From Planctomycetota bacterium (GTDB lineage: Bacteria; Planctomycetota; UBA8108; SXIK01), in contig CBDCXR010000004.1 of the NCBI GenBank assembly GCA_965223845.1, positions 4,512,001 to 4,576,000 of the forward strand: DNA of 64,000 nt. Reading direction: 5' to 3'. The notes beneath the pieces were generated by a model, which was not told the origin of the DNA, searched no databases, and saw only the letters and a program-made list of their open reading frames with translations. Positions 8,701 to 17,153 of this stretch are shown here, piece after piece. The position numbers and the translations under genes are program-made. Within the stretch, counting starts at the first letter, position 1. Each line of letters begins with the position of its first letter.

Positions 8701-10503
8701 TCGTTTGCGCGCGCGATCGAAGAGCCGGGCGTCGATGCCCCACCGCCGGTCGCAGCGATGGTTCGCGCGCGCCAGACACTCCTCTCTGCTTTTCGCGGCG
8801 AGCGGCGGCGAACGTCCGCAGGCGAGGACGACCGCACGCAACGAAGTGGCGACGCCGGCGCGAGAGTCGAGTACCTCGACGCGTGGAACGCGCTCTACAT
8901 CGGGTGGGCGAACCGCCTCCTCGGTCGCTGGCGTGAAGCGCGGAAGCATCTCGACTCCGCGCGCGTTTTCTTCACCCGCGCCGCCGTTCCCTCGGCCGTG
9001 CTTCACGCCGAGCTCGAGCTCGCTCTCCTCGACGCCGATCGCCAGCAACACGGCCGCGCTTCGAGACGACTCGAGCGTCTCGAGACGCGTTTTGCGAAGA
9101 ACGCGACACCGCTCGACCATCCCGCGCTCGCAGCGCGGCTCCGTGCCTACCAGACTCGCGTCGAGCTCGAGCGCGACCCTCCGGATCTCGATCGCGCGAC
9201 CTCACTTCTCGTCGAGGCGGAAAGTCACCTGATCGGACGGCGCGTCCAGGATCTCGAACATCTCGTCTCGACGCTCCGCCGGCGGCTGAATCTCCTTCGG
9301 CTAGAGCGCGGCGGAGTCGATCGGATCGTGCCGCCGCCACGCTCGGAGACGACCATCGTGCGCGCGGTGCGCGAACTCGCCCGAGATACCGATTCGCTCC
9401 TTCGGCGTCTGCAGGACGAAAATGGACTCGAGTCCGGAATCGAAGTCGTTCGCGAGCTCCGAGGGCACGCCGATCACCTGCGGGAAGTGCTTCGCCGACA
9501 GGAACAGCGCGTCGATGATCGCGAGAGAAGCGCGTCCGATCTTCCCGGCGTGGACGCGATCGTCGGATCGTCGCCAGCGGTGACGACGCTCAAGAATCTC
9601 GTGCGACGCGTCGCCGCAGCCGATCTCCCGGTACTCATCACGGGAGAAACGGGAACGGGGAAGGATCTCGTCGCCCGCGCGCTTCACGAAGAGAGCTCTC
9701 GTCGAAGCGAAGTGTTCCTCAGCATCAACTGCGCGGCGCTTCCGGAGGGCCTCCTCGAAGCGGAGCTGTTCGGACACCTCCGAGGAGCGTACACCGGCGC
9801 AGAGGAAGACCGCTCGGGTCTGCTTATCGATGCCGACGGTGGCACATTCTTCTTCGACGAGATCGGTGAGATGTCTCTCGACCTCCAGGGCAAGCTCCTC
9901 AAGATCCTCGACCGGGGCTGCGTTCGTCCGATCGGGGGAACCGAGGAAGTGTCGATCGATCTACGCTATGTCTTCTCGACGCACCGCCGACTGTCCGATC
10001 TCGTCGAAGACGGAAGAATGCGCGAGGACTTCTACTACCGCGTCCGTGCCGTCGAGATCCCCGTGCCGCCGCTGCGCGAGCGGATCGAGGATCTCGACGC
10101 GCTCATCGAGCACTTTCGAAAGCTCGCCTCCGACGCACACAGCGCGGTCGCCATGACGACAGACGCGCGAGCGGCGCTTCGAGCCTACCCTTGGCCCGGA
10201 AACGTCCGTGAACTTCGAAACGTCATCACGCGCCTCGCGCTCACTGGGCGTGAGACGATCGACGAAGAAGACGTGAGAAAGCTCATCGGCGTCGAGACGG
10301 GCTCGGGCGTGTTCTCTTCCGCGCTCCTTCGCAGCCGCTCGCTCGACGACCTGCAGGTGCAGCTCGAGCGCGAGTATCTCCTTCAGCTCCACGCGGACAA
10401 GGCCGGCGACATGAAAGCGGTGGCGGCCCAGCTGGGGATCACATTGCGGGGGCTTTATAAGCGGCTTCAGAGGCTCGGGGTCGATCCTCGTAGGCTCAGG
10501 TAA
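5731..10503 (+). CDS. Multidomain sigma54-dependent activator: degenerate Ser/Thr kinase + P-loop ATPase + TPR array + bEBP AAA+ + Fis-type HTH
   Basis: Kinase-like N-terminus (DLSALGELFYRILT, LLHPEAAKRY); GEAGIGKS/IVVDEVH; TPR helices (YNNLGVLH); GETGTGKD, INCAALPEGLLEAELFGH, GAYTGA, FFDEIGE, YPWPGNVRELRN; C-terminal HTH. The start could be 5683 or 5731. Confidence 0.9.
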   Translation: MNTGDSIGEGLRVCGSLNESLSGVGSSSPRYLVSAVGSRRRRPRWVLRWWPDASEIDASLRARLLRLATLDHAALALPCDFGLDNATGRTYSLRTYIDGAPLLSALEGKSPREILPWLVATTEALETLHRFRLEHGRVSAENVIVPRSSLFGRRVAGTPLAVLTDPLVEMAEAKTRFDAAPDLSALGELFYRILTRHEIELEPTGFPVAPAKLNPAIPVDLERVLLKLLHPEAAKRYRDASELSEDLRRIPGAESCPELPPAGCFVHRERELARATECLREPSRAFAIAITGEAGIGKSAFVDRLVLEAKTRGYLTVGVRCYRESETALAPLRALAARLATAEHRRSTLGARIDRLLEESDFQPEPGARRAVLRGLVDYFTSCVRRRPTLIVVDEVHFADPLTVEFLVEVTREISLQERRAARGDSSPRLSLAMTYRSESSFRPALAPLLDRIAASDAELIAIELDALSDDAVTEWVERTSRDPRVRRAATSLSAPFRGNPFAIRQVLCGAPPVALAEPDDDGRRLHGWWVAQLSDSEQRFVQFLAVLGRPAPVELLSELTGEGMTATKRHVATLASVDLVSHEDDLVFFRHGSMEEGIRSSLSSGDMASMHERIALALANRADESGAELAHHWLRSTTPERGFEVGLEAARDLARNHEDGRALDFYRRVAELVPDDRRDLRRGVLRETADLLAKTGDYAGGIEILESMLGELSTAELAHVRGRIGFYHHLAGQIAEAVVHFEAARALLHGEGESSSDRDRFMIESELATIALHRGEYERVARICRHAIEALSSRASTTEDRALTRATMSLHATLGCVALRRFSYGDARKFFEQSLESGAELAAVPEKSLVYNNLGVLHVQQDRYRDAIAAFRRAAEIARQLGQDLMLVSVEGNLAVLHAKIGDGKAAEAALERTALCAARSGSRRARFLHLHSAGLVALVSGHYATAISSFKEAIIVGGELGDRHMVAFDLVYLGECQLYRGEATAAAASFARAIEEPGVDAPPPVAAMVRARQTLLSAFRGERRRTSAGEDDRTQRSGDAGARVEYLDAWNALYIGWANRLLGRWREARKHLDSARVFFTRAAVPSAVLHAELELALLDADRQQHGRASRRLERLETRFAKNATPLDHPALAARLRAYQTRVELERDPPDLDRATSLLVEAESHLIGRRVQDLEHLVSTLRRRLNLLRLERGGVDRIVPPPRSETTIVRAVRELARDTDSLLRRLQDENGLESGIEVVRELRGHADHLREVLRRQEQRVDDRERSASDLPGVDAIVGSSPAVTTLKNLVRRVAAADLPVLITGETGTGKDLVARALHEESSRRSEVFLSINCAALPEGLLEAELFGHLRGAYTGAEEDRSGLLIDADGGTFFFDEIGEMSLDLQGKLLKILDRGCVRPIGGTEEVSIDLRYVFSTHRRLSDLVEDGRMREDFYYRVRAVEIPVPPLRERIEDLDALIEHFRKLASDAHSAVAMTTDARAALRAYPWPGNVRELRNVITRLALTGRETIDEEDVRKLIGVETGSGVFSSALLRSRSLDDLQVQLEREYLLQLHADKAGDMKAVAAQLGITLRGLYKRLQRLGVDPRRLR

Positions 10504-10533
10504 GAGGTTTACACGAAGTGCGCGAAGGGTCGC

Positions 10534-10599
10534 GAAGGAAGACGAAGGGAGAGAGTAGAGAGTAGAAAGAGAGAAAGAGAGAAAGAGAGGGAGAGAAGG
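10534..10599. repeat. Polypurine/polypyrimidine low-complexity tract with (AGAGAGT)x2 and (AGAAAGAG)x3
   Basis: 66 nt containing only three pyrimidines on the + strand, between convergent genes. Confidence 0.9.
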
Positions 10600-10614
10600 T
10601 GAGCGGCGCGTGGT

Positions 10615-11730
10615 TTACTCGTTTTCGAAGGTCGGGAGTTCCATCCACGTCCCCTCGCGCGCCGAGCGCGCGCTGGCGTCGGTGAAGAGCTGGACCCGCC
10701 AGCCGTCGTAGAGGTTCGGGTGGTCGCTCGCAGCGCTTTCGAGTTGAGCTCGGAGCGCGGGGAAGACGTGGTCCGCGAACCGGTTTTCGGTGATGTCTTC
10801 CGCGACGCGTTCGAGTCGCTCCGGGCCCTTGTCCGCACGCGCGATCGTGATCTCGCCGTGGATGCGATCGACCGCGAGCGACGCCTCGGTCCCGTGGAGC
10901 TCGAGCTCGGGAGCGAGACCTTTCCGAAAGAACGTTGCGTGGGAGAGGAGAAGCGAGCCGACCGCTCCGCTCGGAAACGTGAACGCGACGTCCCCGTAAT
11001 CGAAGGTCGTCCCTCTGCGCGCGAGAGCGTGTGGCGCGCTCCCGCCCGAGCTCGCCCAGTCGATCGCCTCTTCGAGATTGATCTCGCCGAGATCGGGCTT
11101 CGGCCCGGAGATGGTCCCCGCGTGCGCGAGGACGCGCTCCGCGTCTTCGCCCAGCATCCAGCGGATCGTGTCGTAGGCGTGAGAGCCGACATCCGCGATG
11201 CTTCCCGCCGACGAAAGCCGCGCGTCGTCTCGCCACGTGAGCGGCATCCCCGCCGGACGCGGATTCTGCCAGCGGTAGACGACGACCTTGATCTCGCCGA
11301 TCGCGCCCGAGAGATAGTGCTCGCGCGCGCGAGCGAACACCGGAAAGTAGCGAGTCCAGAACGGAACGAAGTGCGCGAGCGCGCGGCCTTCGTACGCTCG
11401 CCACATCTCGCCCGCCTCGCGTGCGTCGACACCGATCGGCTTCTCGCAGACGAGGTGCTTCCCGGCCGCGGCGGCGGCCATCACCGCTTCGTGATGGAGA
11501 GCGTCGGGCGTCGCGACGACGACGAGATCGATGTCCGGGTGATCGACTACCGCGCGCCAGTCATCCGTCGCGAGAGCGGCACCGTCTTCCTTCCGAGCCG
11601 CTTCGAGCAGCGATTTTCGCCGAGCGCAGAGCGCCACGATCTCGGCAGCCGCGCCGCTCCTTCGGATCTCATCTCGATACGGCGAGCCGATGTAGCCGGT
11701 CGCTCCGAGAACTCCGACGCGGAACTTCAT
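10615..11730 (-). CDS. Gfo/Idh/MocA family oxidoreductase
   Basis: MKFRVGVLGATGYIG, VATPDALH, HLVCEKP, DVGSHAYD; ATGA overlap with the upstream gene sets the start at 11730. Confidence 0.9.
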   Translation of the reverse strand: MKFRVGVLGATGYIGSPYRDEIRRSGAAAEIVALCARRKSLLEAARKEDGAALATDDWRAVVDHPDIDLVVVATPDALHHEAVMAAAAAGKHLVCEKPIGVDAREAGEMWRAYEGRALAHFVPFWTRYFPVFARAREHYLSGAIGEIKVVVYRWQNPRPAGMPLTWRDDARLSSAGSIADVGSHAYDTIRWMLGEDAERVLAHAGTISGPKPDLGEINLEEAIDWASSGGSAPHALARRGTTFDYGDVAFTFPSGAVGSLLLSHATFFRKGLAPELELHGTEASLAVDRIHGEITIARADKGPERLERVAEDITENRFADHVFPALRAQLESAASDHPNLYDGWRVQLFTDASARSAREGTWMELPTFENE

Positions 11731-12839
11731 GACACCGTCACCGGCGCTCCGCTTCGTCCCGACTCGATCGCGGCCGCGACGGTGGCGCAGATCGCGCGCG
11801 CGGTGTGTACATCGAGCACGGAGTCCTCGTCGCCGTCGAGCGTTCGCGCGAAATTCTCCGCGAGACAAAAGTCGTTTTCGTTCGCGACTCGCCGATGGCG
11901 AAACTCGGCGGGCGGCTGACCGCGGTAGTAGACGCTGACTTCCGGCCGCGCCTCGCTCACGACGAGCCCGCCTTCCGAGCCGAGGACGTGGATCTTAATC
12001 TCTCCGATGTCCGGATGGCTCGCGGCGCCGATGCGGCCGATCGCGAGCGAGCCGGTGAGCCCGCTCGCCATTTCGAGCGTGACCGTTGCGAGGTCCTCGA
12101 CGTCGTTGTCGACGTTGACTTGATGGAATCGGCTCGCCGTCACGGCGAACACGCGCTCGACTCGCGCGCGCGTGAGGCGATGAATGTAGGCGAGCGGGTA
12201 GATCCCCTCGATCGCGAGCTCGCCCATCGGCTCGATGCCGACTCCGCCGTCCGAGCCGTCGGCGTGTGCCTCAATCTGACGCTCTAGCCAATTGATCGGC
12301 GGATCGGACGGGCCGCGCGAGCCGGCCGGTGGGCCCGAATCCTTAGCGAAGTAGAAATCGACGTGAATCGCGTAGGGCGTTCCAATCCTCCCGGCTTCGA
12401 TGATTTCGCGTGCGTGCTCGACCGCCGGGAGATAGTTCCGATTCCAGAGGAGAAACTTCACGCCGTTTCGGCTTGTGGCTTCGACGAGACGATCGCATTC
12501 AGCGAGGTCTGTCGAAACCGGCTTGTCCTGGACGATGTGGATCCCCGCTTCGGCCGCGCGGAGACTGAGATCGCAGTGGCGTTCCGCCTCGGAGCTCACG
12601 ACGGCCACGTCGACGTCGTACTCCGCGAGCGCGCGCTCGACATCGCGGACGTAGGGGATGTTGTAGTCCCGCGCGAACTTCTCGTTTCGTTCGTGCACCC
12701 ATTCGGGGCGGGACGCGTCATCGGCGACGACGACGGGAACGAAGCGCGGGTGGTTCGCCATCCCGATCGGCACGTAATCGTGCTTCACGACGCTCAGAAC
12801 TGCGAACCGGTAGACACGCGGCTCACCCGGCGAGCTCAT
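11727..12839 (-). CDS. Gfo/Idh/MocA family oxidoreductase
   Basis: HIVQDKP (EKP variant), GELAIEGIYPL, VEDLATVTLEM, GSEG; ATG at 12839 with GGAGG RBS. Confidence 0.85.
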   Translation of the reverse strand: MSSPGEPRVYRFAVLSVVKHDYVPIGMANHPRFVPVVVADDASRPEWVHERNEKFARDYNIPYVRDVERALAEYDVDVAVVSSEAERHCDLSLRAAEAGIHIVQDKPVSTDLAECDRLVEATSRNGVKFLLWNRNYLPAVEHAREIIEAGRIGTPYAIHVDFYFAKDSGPPAGSRGPSDPPINWLERQIEAHADGSDGGVGIEPMGELAIEGIYPLAYIHRLTRARVERVFAVTASRFHQVNVDNDVEDLATVTLEMASGLTGSLAIGRIGAASHPDIGEIKIHVLGSEGGLVVSEARPEVSVYYRGQPPAEFRHRRVANENDFCLAENFARTLDGDEDSVLDVHTARAICATVAAAIESGRSGAPVTVS

Positions 12840-13707
12840 AGCGACCTCCTCTGAGCACAGCCGGCTTTCCGCTCGTCGCGGAAGCCGCGGCGGCAGCAGC
12901 GACGGCGAGCGCAGCAACCGCGTCGTCCACGGAGTCGCCGCTGTCTCGACCCGCCGCGATCGTGTCGACGAAGGCCTGCCACTCCGCCGCGAGTCCCGAT
13001 TGGCGTTCGTCGGTCCTCAGCGCGAGCGGTTCGCCACCGCGATAAAGAAGCTGCGTGTTGCGGTGATCGTCAGCGTATGCCGAGCCGTTCGTTCCGATGA
13101 CCGACGCGGAGCGGTAGCCGTCGCCACGAGGGAGTCTCGCGCTGACATCGACAAGCGCCATGCCACCACCTGAAAACGCTAAGTGCACTTGAAGGTAGCT
13201 CGGAGGCGAGCCCACGGCGAAGACGCGCTCCGGGCTCCGACCGAACCACCAGTGAACGAGATCGATGTCCGCACTGATCTCGGCCGACGCCGCGCTCTCC
13301 CAGCGGTGCGCGCGAACGAGCACCGGCTCGCCGAGCTCGCCCGCAGCGAGGCTCTCCTTGACCGCGATCGAGGACGGCACCCCCCGCGCCGGTTGCTCGA
13401 CGACGCAGCGAACACCGGCGTCGCGACAACGCGAGACGATCCGCTCGGCATTCGCCAGGGAATCAGCCAGCGGCGCGCCGACGAACACCTGCTTTCCGAA
13501 CGCAGCCGCCGCTTCGCATGCGGCGGCATGGTCGGCCGGCGAGGTGTGGACGAGCACCGCGTCGAGGTCGCCCGCACGCAAGCGGAGGAGCTCGGCGATC
13601 CCGCGGGTCGGAACGGCCGCGACGAGCTCTGCGTCGCGGATGCTCGCGGCGAGGTCCGCGAGTCCTTCCCGGTCCTCATCCGGGGCTACGAGCGCGAGCC
13701 GCATCAT
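12823..13707 (-). CDS. Gfo/Idh/MocA family oxidoreductase-like protein (degenerate)
   Basis: DAVLVHTSPADH, GKQVFVGAPLA (EKP degenerate), GELGEP, DIDLVHWWFG; ATGA overlap with the MFS stop. Confidence 0.8.
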   Translation of the reverse strand: MMRLALVAPDEDREGLADLAASIRDAELVAAVPTRGIAELLRLRAGDLDAVLVHTSPADHAAACEAAAAFGKQVFVGAPLADSLANAERIVSRCRDAGVRCVVEQPARGVPSSIAVKESLAAGELGEPVLVRAHRWESAASAEISADIDLVHWWFGRSPERVFAVGSPPSYLQVHLAFSGGGMALVDVSARLPRGDGYRSASVIGTNGSAYADDHRNTQLLYRGGEPLALRTDERQSGLAAEWQAFVDTIAAGRDSGDSVDDAVAALAVAAAAAASATSGKPAVLRGGRYELAG

Positions 13708-15107
13708 CCCACCACCGGTTCGTCTTCGATCGACCGCTTCGACGTGTCGGGTGCGAGACAAATCACCACCATTCCGAGTGCGAAGATGAAACTCGTCGCA
13801 CGTCCGATCTTCGCGTAGTCGCCATCGAACTTCGCGGTGAGAGCCGCCGTCGCAAACACCGTCGCCGCCGTCAGGATCCGGCCGAAGTTGAAGCTGACGC
13901 CCGATCCGGTCGCGCGTATGCGCGTCGGAAAAAGCTCGGGGAGGAAGAGCGGAAGCCAGCCGAAGTAGACGCCGTTAAAGAATCCGAGCGCGGCGACCCA
14001 GTATAGAAACGACGCGTCCGTGGGGACGGTGAATCGAAAGATGTACTGCGCGCAGAAGAGAGCACCGAAGCTGACGAGCGCGTATGCGCGCCGCCGTCCG
14101 ACGAGCGAAGCGATCCAACCGCCCAGGAGGCTGCCGATGATTCCCGCGATCGAACGGTACTGATTGACGTCCGCCTTGAGATACGGGTTCGGCGGATCGG
14201 CTGCCTGACCCGCTTCGTCGGCCCACGGAACCATCCAGTTCGCGCTCCCCCACCCGCCGATGAGTGGAACCGTGGCGAGCGCGATGCCGACGATCGTGAC
14301 TCGCAGATACGGCAATCGAAACACGGTCGAGGCCGACGCGGCGACCGCGTTCTCTCGCGGGCGGATCCGCCCCTCGAGCCAGCGCGGAGACTCAGGCACG
14401 ATCGCGAACGCGATGATCGACAGTCCGGCGGGGATCGCCGAGAGCACGAAGACCCAGCGCCAGTCCTCGGGGGTGATCGCGACCTCGAGTGCGATGCGTC
14501 CCATGAGGAAGATGCCGATGTTCGCCGCCGCACCCATGATGCCCGCGACCATCGGACGCGAGAGCTCCGACCAGGCTTCGGCGAGCAAAGAGACGCCGTT
14601 CGGCCACGTTCCCCCGATTCCGAGACACGATACGAACCATAGCGCTAGGAGCGCCGGAAGACTCGGTGCGTAGTGACAGGCCGCGGAGACCGACCCGAAC
14701 CAGAGCATGCTGACCGCGAGCGCTTTTGCGCGACCGACGCGGTCACCGAGCCGGCCGAACAGCCAACCGCCCGTCGCAGCGCCGAAGAGGAACGCGCAGA
14801 CGATCCAGCCGAACCAGCGCTGAGTGAGAACGTTCCAGTTCTCGAGCTGCTCACGATCCGCTGGCGTGAGATTTCCGCCTCCTTCGTCGACACTTCGCTT
14901 CTCCAGCTGCGAAAGCTGCTGGTAGCGCTCGAGATCGAGCGCACCCTCCTTGTCGAGGAGAGCGACCGACGCCGGGCGCATCGCGAGCGACGTTATCCCC
15001 ATCTGCACCCCCGCACACAGCCAACCGAGGACGGCAGCGAGGAGTACGAGATAGCGTCCGGTCGGGGACATCGAGGCGAGCTCGGACCAAGAGATCGTCT
15101 GCGGCAA
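13704..15107 (-). CDS. MFS transporter
   Basis: About 12 TM segments, GRLGDRVGR motif A, PESPRW, PELFPTRIRATG. Confidence 0.92.
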   Translation of the reverse strand: MPQTISWSELASMSPTGRYLVLLAAVLGWLCAGVQMGITSLAMRPASVALLDKEGALDLERYQQLSQLEKRSVDEGGGNLTPADREQLENWNVLTQRWFGWIVCAFLFGAATGGWLFGRLGDRVGRAKALAVSMLWFGSVSAACHYAPSLPALLALWFVSCLGIGGTWPNGVSLLAEAWSELSRPMVAGIMGAAANIGIFLMGRIALEVAITPEDWRWVFVLSAIPAGLSIIAFAIVPESPRWLEGRIRPRENAVAASASTVFRLPYLRVTIVGIALATVPLIGGWGSANWMVPWADEAGQAADPPNPYLKADVNQYRSIAGIIGSLLGGWIASLVGRRRAYALVSFGALFCAQYIFRFTVPTDASFLYWVAALGFFNGVYFGWLPLFLPELFPTRIRATGSGVSFNFGRILTAATVFATAALTAKFDGDYAKIGRATSFIFALGMVVICLAPDTSKRSIEDEPVVG

Positions 15108-15203
15108 CTCGCCTCAGCGGCGACGCGAGATCCGGATCGACCGGATCGACTCGCCATTGTCGAGCGACCGGAGGAGGCTTTCAACCCCGACCGCAGACGA
15201 CCT

Positions 15204-17153
15204 TCACCTCGGATCGGCGACCCGTCCGACGAAGAGAATCGCACCGCTCGTGCGCTCGCGGATCACGAAGAGAAACGGACGATCCGCCCGCACAATCGGC
15301 GTGAATGGAACGAGCTCCTCGACCGGCAGCTTCGCGCCCGTCGGGACGGCGGCGGTCACCGCAGCGGCCACAGTTCCTTCCTCGTCGACGCGAACGACCG
15401 CACGGTGGAGGACCGCGGAGAGAAAGAGCGGCGGTCCGCCCGACGCGGCCATCCCAGAGAGGTCCGACTCTCGCGTAAACGCCTTGCTTACGCCGAGCGC
15501 CTCCAAAGTCGAGCGAAGCTCGAAGGACGACTCGAGCTCGAACCGCGGGACGTACGCCTCCACCTTGCGTTTGGCGAGCGCGCCGATCCACCGGTCGAGA
15601 TCATCCGCGTTCAGCCGAGCTTCGAGCTTCCCGAGGCCGCCGGTGCTCCGCGGGACGAGAAGGACCATCGACACGTCGCCACCCTTGTACGGAATCTCGA
15701 GCAACTGAATTCCGTCGTCTTCCGGATAGAGGCCCTCCGTGCGCCCCTTGGCGATCATCGCCGGTGTGTCGAAGAGCGCGCCATCGGCGTTGACGGCCGC
15801 ATAGAGTCCCTCTAACCGCCGCGCGTACATCGTCGCGACATCTACAGTGTCTCCGCCGGGAAGCGTGAACTCTCGCGGCTCGGTACGTTTCCGCGGAAAC
15901 GGCTTCTGCCAGTGCCCGGCGAAATAGATCGCGTTGACGAGCGCCATCGCGGTCGCCTCGCCGAAGTGTCCCTCGCCGACGATGCGCCGGATCTCCCCCT
16001 CCGTAATGTCGCTCACCCAGTCGTTGATGTGATCGGCAGACGCGGCCGGCGCGCCGCCGAAGTCGAGAGTTTCCATGCGCGATCCGAATTCGCTCGTCAT
16101 GATGTCGACGAACTGCGGATTCGGGCGGAACTGATCGTTGAGAAAGAGGCCGTTCGCGACGCGCAGCTGGTACTGATCCACCCGGACGAGGAGCTCGTTC
16201 AATCGCTCCACGGATTCGCGCTCCTCTCTGGATTTCGCGAAGTACTCCCGCCCGCCAGTCCCCCGGAGGGCGACCAAGGCTGCACGAATGCGATCGAGCT
16301 TCGTCTTTTCGGCATCGATCGCCGCGCGAATCTTCGCGAGCTCGGGTGAATCCTCCCTCTGCAAAAGCGCGGTGAGCTCTTTCAGCCCCGAGTGAATTCG
16401 CGCCGTCTCCCACGGAATCCGCTGCGCGTCGTCTCCGACGCGACGCGCGCTTTCCGGGAAATGAAGCGCTCGTCCGAGCTCGGCGGCGGTCTCGCCTCGA
16501 GCCCCTTCCGCGATCATCGACAGTACGACCGAGATCGAGAACGGAGAGCAGAACAAGTTTCCCGCATCGCGCGCGGCGAGCTTTCGGTAGAGATCCACGG
16601 CAAAGCGTGACTGGGACGCGACCGCAGTCTTCACCGCCGGCGAATTCGCTTCCGCGGTCACGAGTTCCCCCTCTTCGGCGACGATGGTTCCCTGCGCCGT
16701 AGTGAACACCAACGATCCCGTAACGACGAGCGCTCGAGTGAATAGGTCGTTCATGCGATCCCTCTCCGAATGTGCGCCAACGAAAAAAACCGCCTTCGAG
16801 GCGCTGATCCGGGCGGTGGGTGTCTGAATCGTAATCTCTCCACTCTGGCCCGATCCACGAAACTCGAGCTCGCCGCGTGAGAGTTCGACCGCGTACGGCC
16901 CGACGATCCGGAACTCCGCGTCCGGCGCGGGCTGGATCGCCCAGCTCGGCACGAGCTCGATCGTCCGCGGCCAAACGAGAAACACGAGCAGTGCGACGAC
17001 GAGGAGCGCCGCCGCCGCGACCCAAGGGAGTGGCGAGCTCACTTGCTCGGCTCGCACAAGAGCCGCGTCGAGTCGTACTTCGGCTTCTCGGCCGAGCGAC
17101 CGGGGTGAAAGGGATCGGAGACGGAGCTCGAACTCGTCGGTGTGATCGTTCAT
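15204..17153 (-). CDS. Anti-sigma/FecR-like membrane protein fused to a serpin (serine protease inhibitor) domain
   Basis: Short cytoplasmic N-terminus, TM (WVAAAALLVVALLVFLVW), FecR-like strands (VELSRGEL, ITIQTPTA, ALVVTGSLV), then serpin motifs NLFCSPFSI, LVNAIYFAGHW, IPYKGG, VPRFELE, VDEEGTVAAA, RADRPFLFVIRE...ILFVGRVADP; ATGA overlap with the sigma factor. Confidence 0.9.
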   Translation of the reverse strand: MNDHTDEFELRLRSLSPRSLGREAEVRLDAALVRAEQVSSPLPWVAAAALLVVALLVFLVWPRTIELVPSWAIQPAPDAEFRIVGPYAVELSRGELEFRGSGQSGEITIQTPTARISASKAVFFVGAHSERDRMNDLFTRALVVTGSLVFTTAQGTIVAEEGELVTAEANSPAVKTAVASQSRFAVDLYRKLAARDAGNLFCSPFSISVVLSMIAEGARGETAAELGRALHFPESARRVGDDAQRIPWETARIHSGLKELTALLQREDSPELAKIRAAIDAEKTKLDRIRAALVALRGTGGREYFAKSREERESVERLNELLVRVDQYQLRVANGLFLNDQFRPNPQFVDIMTSEFGSRMETLDFGGAPAASADHINDWVSDITEGEIRRIVGEGHFGEATAMALVNAIYFAGHWQKPFPRKRTEPREFTLPGGDTVDVATMYARRLEGLYAAVNADGALFDTPAMIAKGRTEGLYPEDDGIQLLEIPYKGGDVSMVLLVPRSTGGLGKLEARLNADDLDRWIGALAKRKVEAYVPRFELESSFELRSTLEALGVSKAFTRESDLSGMAASGGPPLFLSAVLHRAVVRVDEEGTVAAAVTAAVPTGAKLPVEELVPFTPIVRADRPFLFVIRERTSGAILFVGRVADPR

